Positions 62,484 through 64,000 of a DNA stretch of 64,000 nt are shown here, piece by piece. The translations under genes were made by a program, and so were the position numbers. Origin of the DNA: a virus. The DNA is taken from IMG/VR virus record IMGVR_UViG_3300028584_000072, positions 1 to 64,000 of that record. One strand, 5' to 3'. Each line of letters begins with the position of its first letter. Position 1 is the first letter of the stretch. Below the pieces are notes generated by a model that ran no database searches, was not told where the DNA came from, and was given only the letters and a program-made list of their open reading frames with translations.

Positions 62484-62683
62484 TGTATAAGAAGAAAGCT
62501 ATTGAAGTGGTAGTTGTAACCTATGAGGAATATGCACAAGATACTTTTGTCTACCCTAGCAAGTATTGCATTCGTAGTTGGGATGGTACATTTATCTTCT
62601 ATAAAACTAGCAAACGAGTATTAGCACAAGAAGCCGTTGATGCTGAGTATGGGTCTGGTATGTATTCTATTCGGGAGGTGTAA
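62484..62683 (+). CDS. hypothetical protein (66 aa)
   Basis: ATG 62484 after GAAGGAGA (MYKKKAIEVV..). Confidence 0.5.
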
Positions 62684-62685
62684 TA

Positions 62686-63029
62686 TGAAGAACAAACATA
62701 AACGTCAATTCCTTAACAATTACAAATGGTACGACTACAGTTTCTTGCTGATGGCTATGGAAGATTGGTTAGATAATGCTTCTAAAGTTACAATGAAAAA
62801 AGGTACGCACCTTAATGCTGATAAGGTAGCTAAGAAGATGAAGATTTGTGCTGAATTGTGTAAACGTGTATGGGAAGATGACCCACAGAGGAATGAAGTA
62901 TTCACTGAAAGGAATTACGCGGGCGGTTGTACTACAGAACGACATAGTTACCATGAGAAACGCAGAAAAGCAAATTTGAGTTTGCTTACAACTATGCTGA
63001 ATAAACATTTATTAAGTTTTTGGGATTAG
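62686..63029 (+). CDS. hypothetical protein (114 aa)
   Basis: ATG 62686 after GGGAGG (MKNKHKRQFL..). Confidence 0.5.
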
Positions 63030-63031
63030 CT

Positions 63032-63292
63032 ATGAAACCATCACTAGAAAATAAATGTTATTCTGATTGGCGTAGACGAGAAGCGTATGCTATCCCTGTC
63101 ACAGAAGAAGGGCAACGTAGGGCAGAAGAACGCTATACTGAATTTAAGAAAGGATGGGAATATGGATTACGTCATGCTGTATTCCTAATTGAGCAAGAAC
63201 ACAAAAACAGTAAACATTTACACAAGTTTTATTTATTGTTGACAGAGAAATTAAGAGAGGAAATGAAGAATGAACCTCAACAACCAAGCTAG
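63032..63292 (+). CDS. hypothetical protein (86 aa)
   Basis: ATG 63032 (MKPSLENKCY..). Confidence 0.45.
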   Translation: MKPSLENKCYSDWRRREAYAIPVTEEGQRRAEERYTEFKKGWEYGLRHAVFLIEQEHKNSKHLHKFYLLLTEKLREEMKNEPQQPS

Positions 63293-63587
63293 AGTAGCGT
63301 ATAAGCAATCACCATCTAGTGCTGTGTATTACGTAGTATTAGCTAGTTACCTTTACTATGTGAGGTTTGAGAGTGTTCTAAGTGATGATGTCTTTGATAA
63401 AATGATGAAACTAATACTTGACAAAAATATCAGACATAGTAAACTCTCACATCTCATTACAGATGATGATCTGCGTGCGGGTAGTTTGTTTAGATTGAGA
63501 GCTACAGATTACCCAGATTTTATTATCGACCAAGCAGAGAAGATTTTACGAGGAGTGAATAATTGTGTTATACAAGAGTTGGAATAA
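63270..63587 (+). CDS. hypothetical protein (105 aa)
   Basis: ORF track. GAGAGGAAATGAAG context. Confidence 0.5.
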   Translation: MNLNNQARVAYKQSPSSAVYYVVLASYLYYVRFESVLSDDVFDKMMKLILDKNIRHSKLSHLITDDDLRAGSLFRLRATDYPDFIIDQAEKILRGVNNCVIQELE

Positions 63588-63792
63588 TGATGTTAGTGCT
63601 GCATACGATAACTGGATTAGTTATGATGCTGAGGGTGAACGTGCAGCTTACGAAGAATTTAAATTTGAGAGTGATATGTTGTGGATTGAATCTATGATTC
63701 GCATGACACATCCACACTTAGATGAAGAAGCTATACATATCCTTGCACACGAACGCTATGAATCTAAATTCTACGACTATACAGAGTTTTGA
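63565..63792 (+). CDS. hypothetical acidic protein (75 aa)
   Basis: GTG start 9 nt after AGGAG. ORF track. Confidence 0.45.
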   Translation: MLYKSWNNDVSAAYDNWISYDAEGERAAYEEFKFESDMLWIESMIRMTHPHLDEEAIHILAHERYESKFYDYTEF

Positions 63793-63851
63793 TGTAAGCT
63801 ATTTATCTTACAATTGATAATGTAATCAAATTTAATTACAAAGGAGAGAAT

Positions 63852-64000
63852 ATGAAACGAATGAATGAGATTTTTGAGTTGCCGATTGATACTGTAGCAG
63901 CTTTTACTTATGGCTTTAACACCATAGCTGAAGCACATAAAATCGGAAGGTGTCTTTCAGCCAAACACGCAGCAAGCGCGTCAACGTGGTTGATTGCGCT
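63852..64000 (+). CDS. hypothetical protein, N-terminal fragment (continues beyond window)
   Basis: ATG 63852 after AAGGAGAG (MKRMNEIFELPIDTVAAF...). The frame is open to the window end. Confidence 0.45.
   Translation, partial: MKRMNEIFELPIDTVAAFTYGFNTIAEAHKIGRCLSAKHAASASTWLIA

Noticed and set aside
1-64000. I looked for CRISPR arrays, diversity-generating retroelements, retrons, integrase/attP, transposases, toxin-antitoxin pairs and known defence or anti-defence cassettes.
   Set aside because: I saw no spaced direct-repeat arrays and no reverse-transcriptase, integrase or transposase-like ORFs. There is no template/variable repeat pair near the fibre genes. Only the HTH + small-ORF pair at 52104-52542 is TA-like in size, and it has no toxin motif.

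Overview
This window is about 64 kb of a tailed dsDNA phage genome with no host flanks. It has three transcription blocks. Block 1 (1-14198, + strand) holds early and nucleotide-metabolism genes: a T7 gp6-like exonuclease, a metallophosphoesterase, a MazG-like protein, ThyX, a glutaredoxin-like protein, NrdB, a cone-less NrdA, and several HNH-type endonuclease-like genes. Block 2 (52542 down to 14249, - strand) runs through an HTH regulator, an operator/ori-like array, a cluster of tRNA-like elements and a terS-like gene. It continues with terL, portal, XkdF-like protease, scaffold, decoration protein and a lambda-E-like capsid. The tail part covers connectors, sheath, tube, a G/GT chaperone pair, tape measure, baseplate, three receptor-binding genes, a CheY-like receiver protein, the lysis cassette and more fibre-like genes. 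Block 3 (52672-64000, + strand) holds small early genes, PhoH, a ClpP/SppA-like peptidase and a dNMP-kinase-like protein. It is interrupted by an inverted 4-gene tail-fibre island (59103-62290, - strand). No integrase, CRISPR array, reverse transcriptase or rRNA was seen. The main finding is self-splicing-intron and homing-endonuclease colonisation of essential late genes. terL appears split into three exons by two ORF-less group I introns, one inside Walker A and one just after Walker B. An I-HmuI-type HNH gene overlaps the terL start. The tape-measure gene is split by a third, related group I intron that carries its own HNH ORF. For all three introns I could derive P1 and P10 pairings, a U:G 5' splice site, a terminal G, an AAGAUAU J8/7-like core motif and frame-restoring junctions. 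Other points worth a second look:
- a canonical stand-alone response-regulator receiver gene;
- a 41-bp perfect direct repeat bracketing a tailspike cassette;
- aberrant tRNA-like elements;
- a GGGAAAG -1 frameshift site in the tail chaperone;
- an operator/ori-like palindrome array;
- three homopolymer-associated frame breaks.
All functional calls come from motif recognition by eye. No database search was run.
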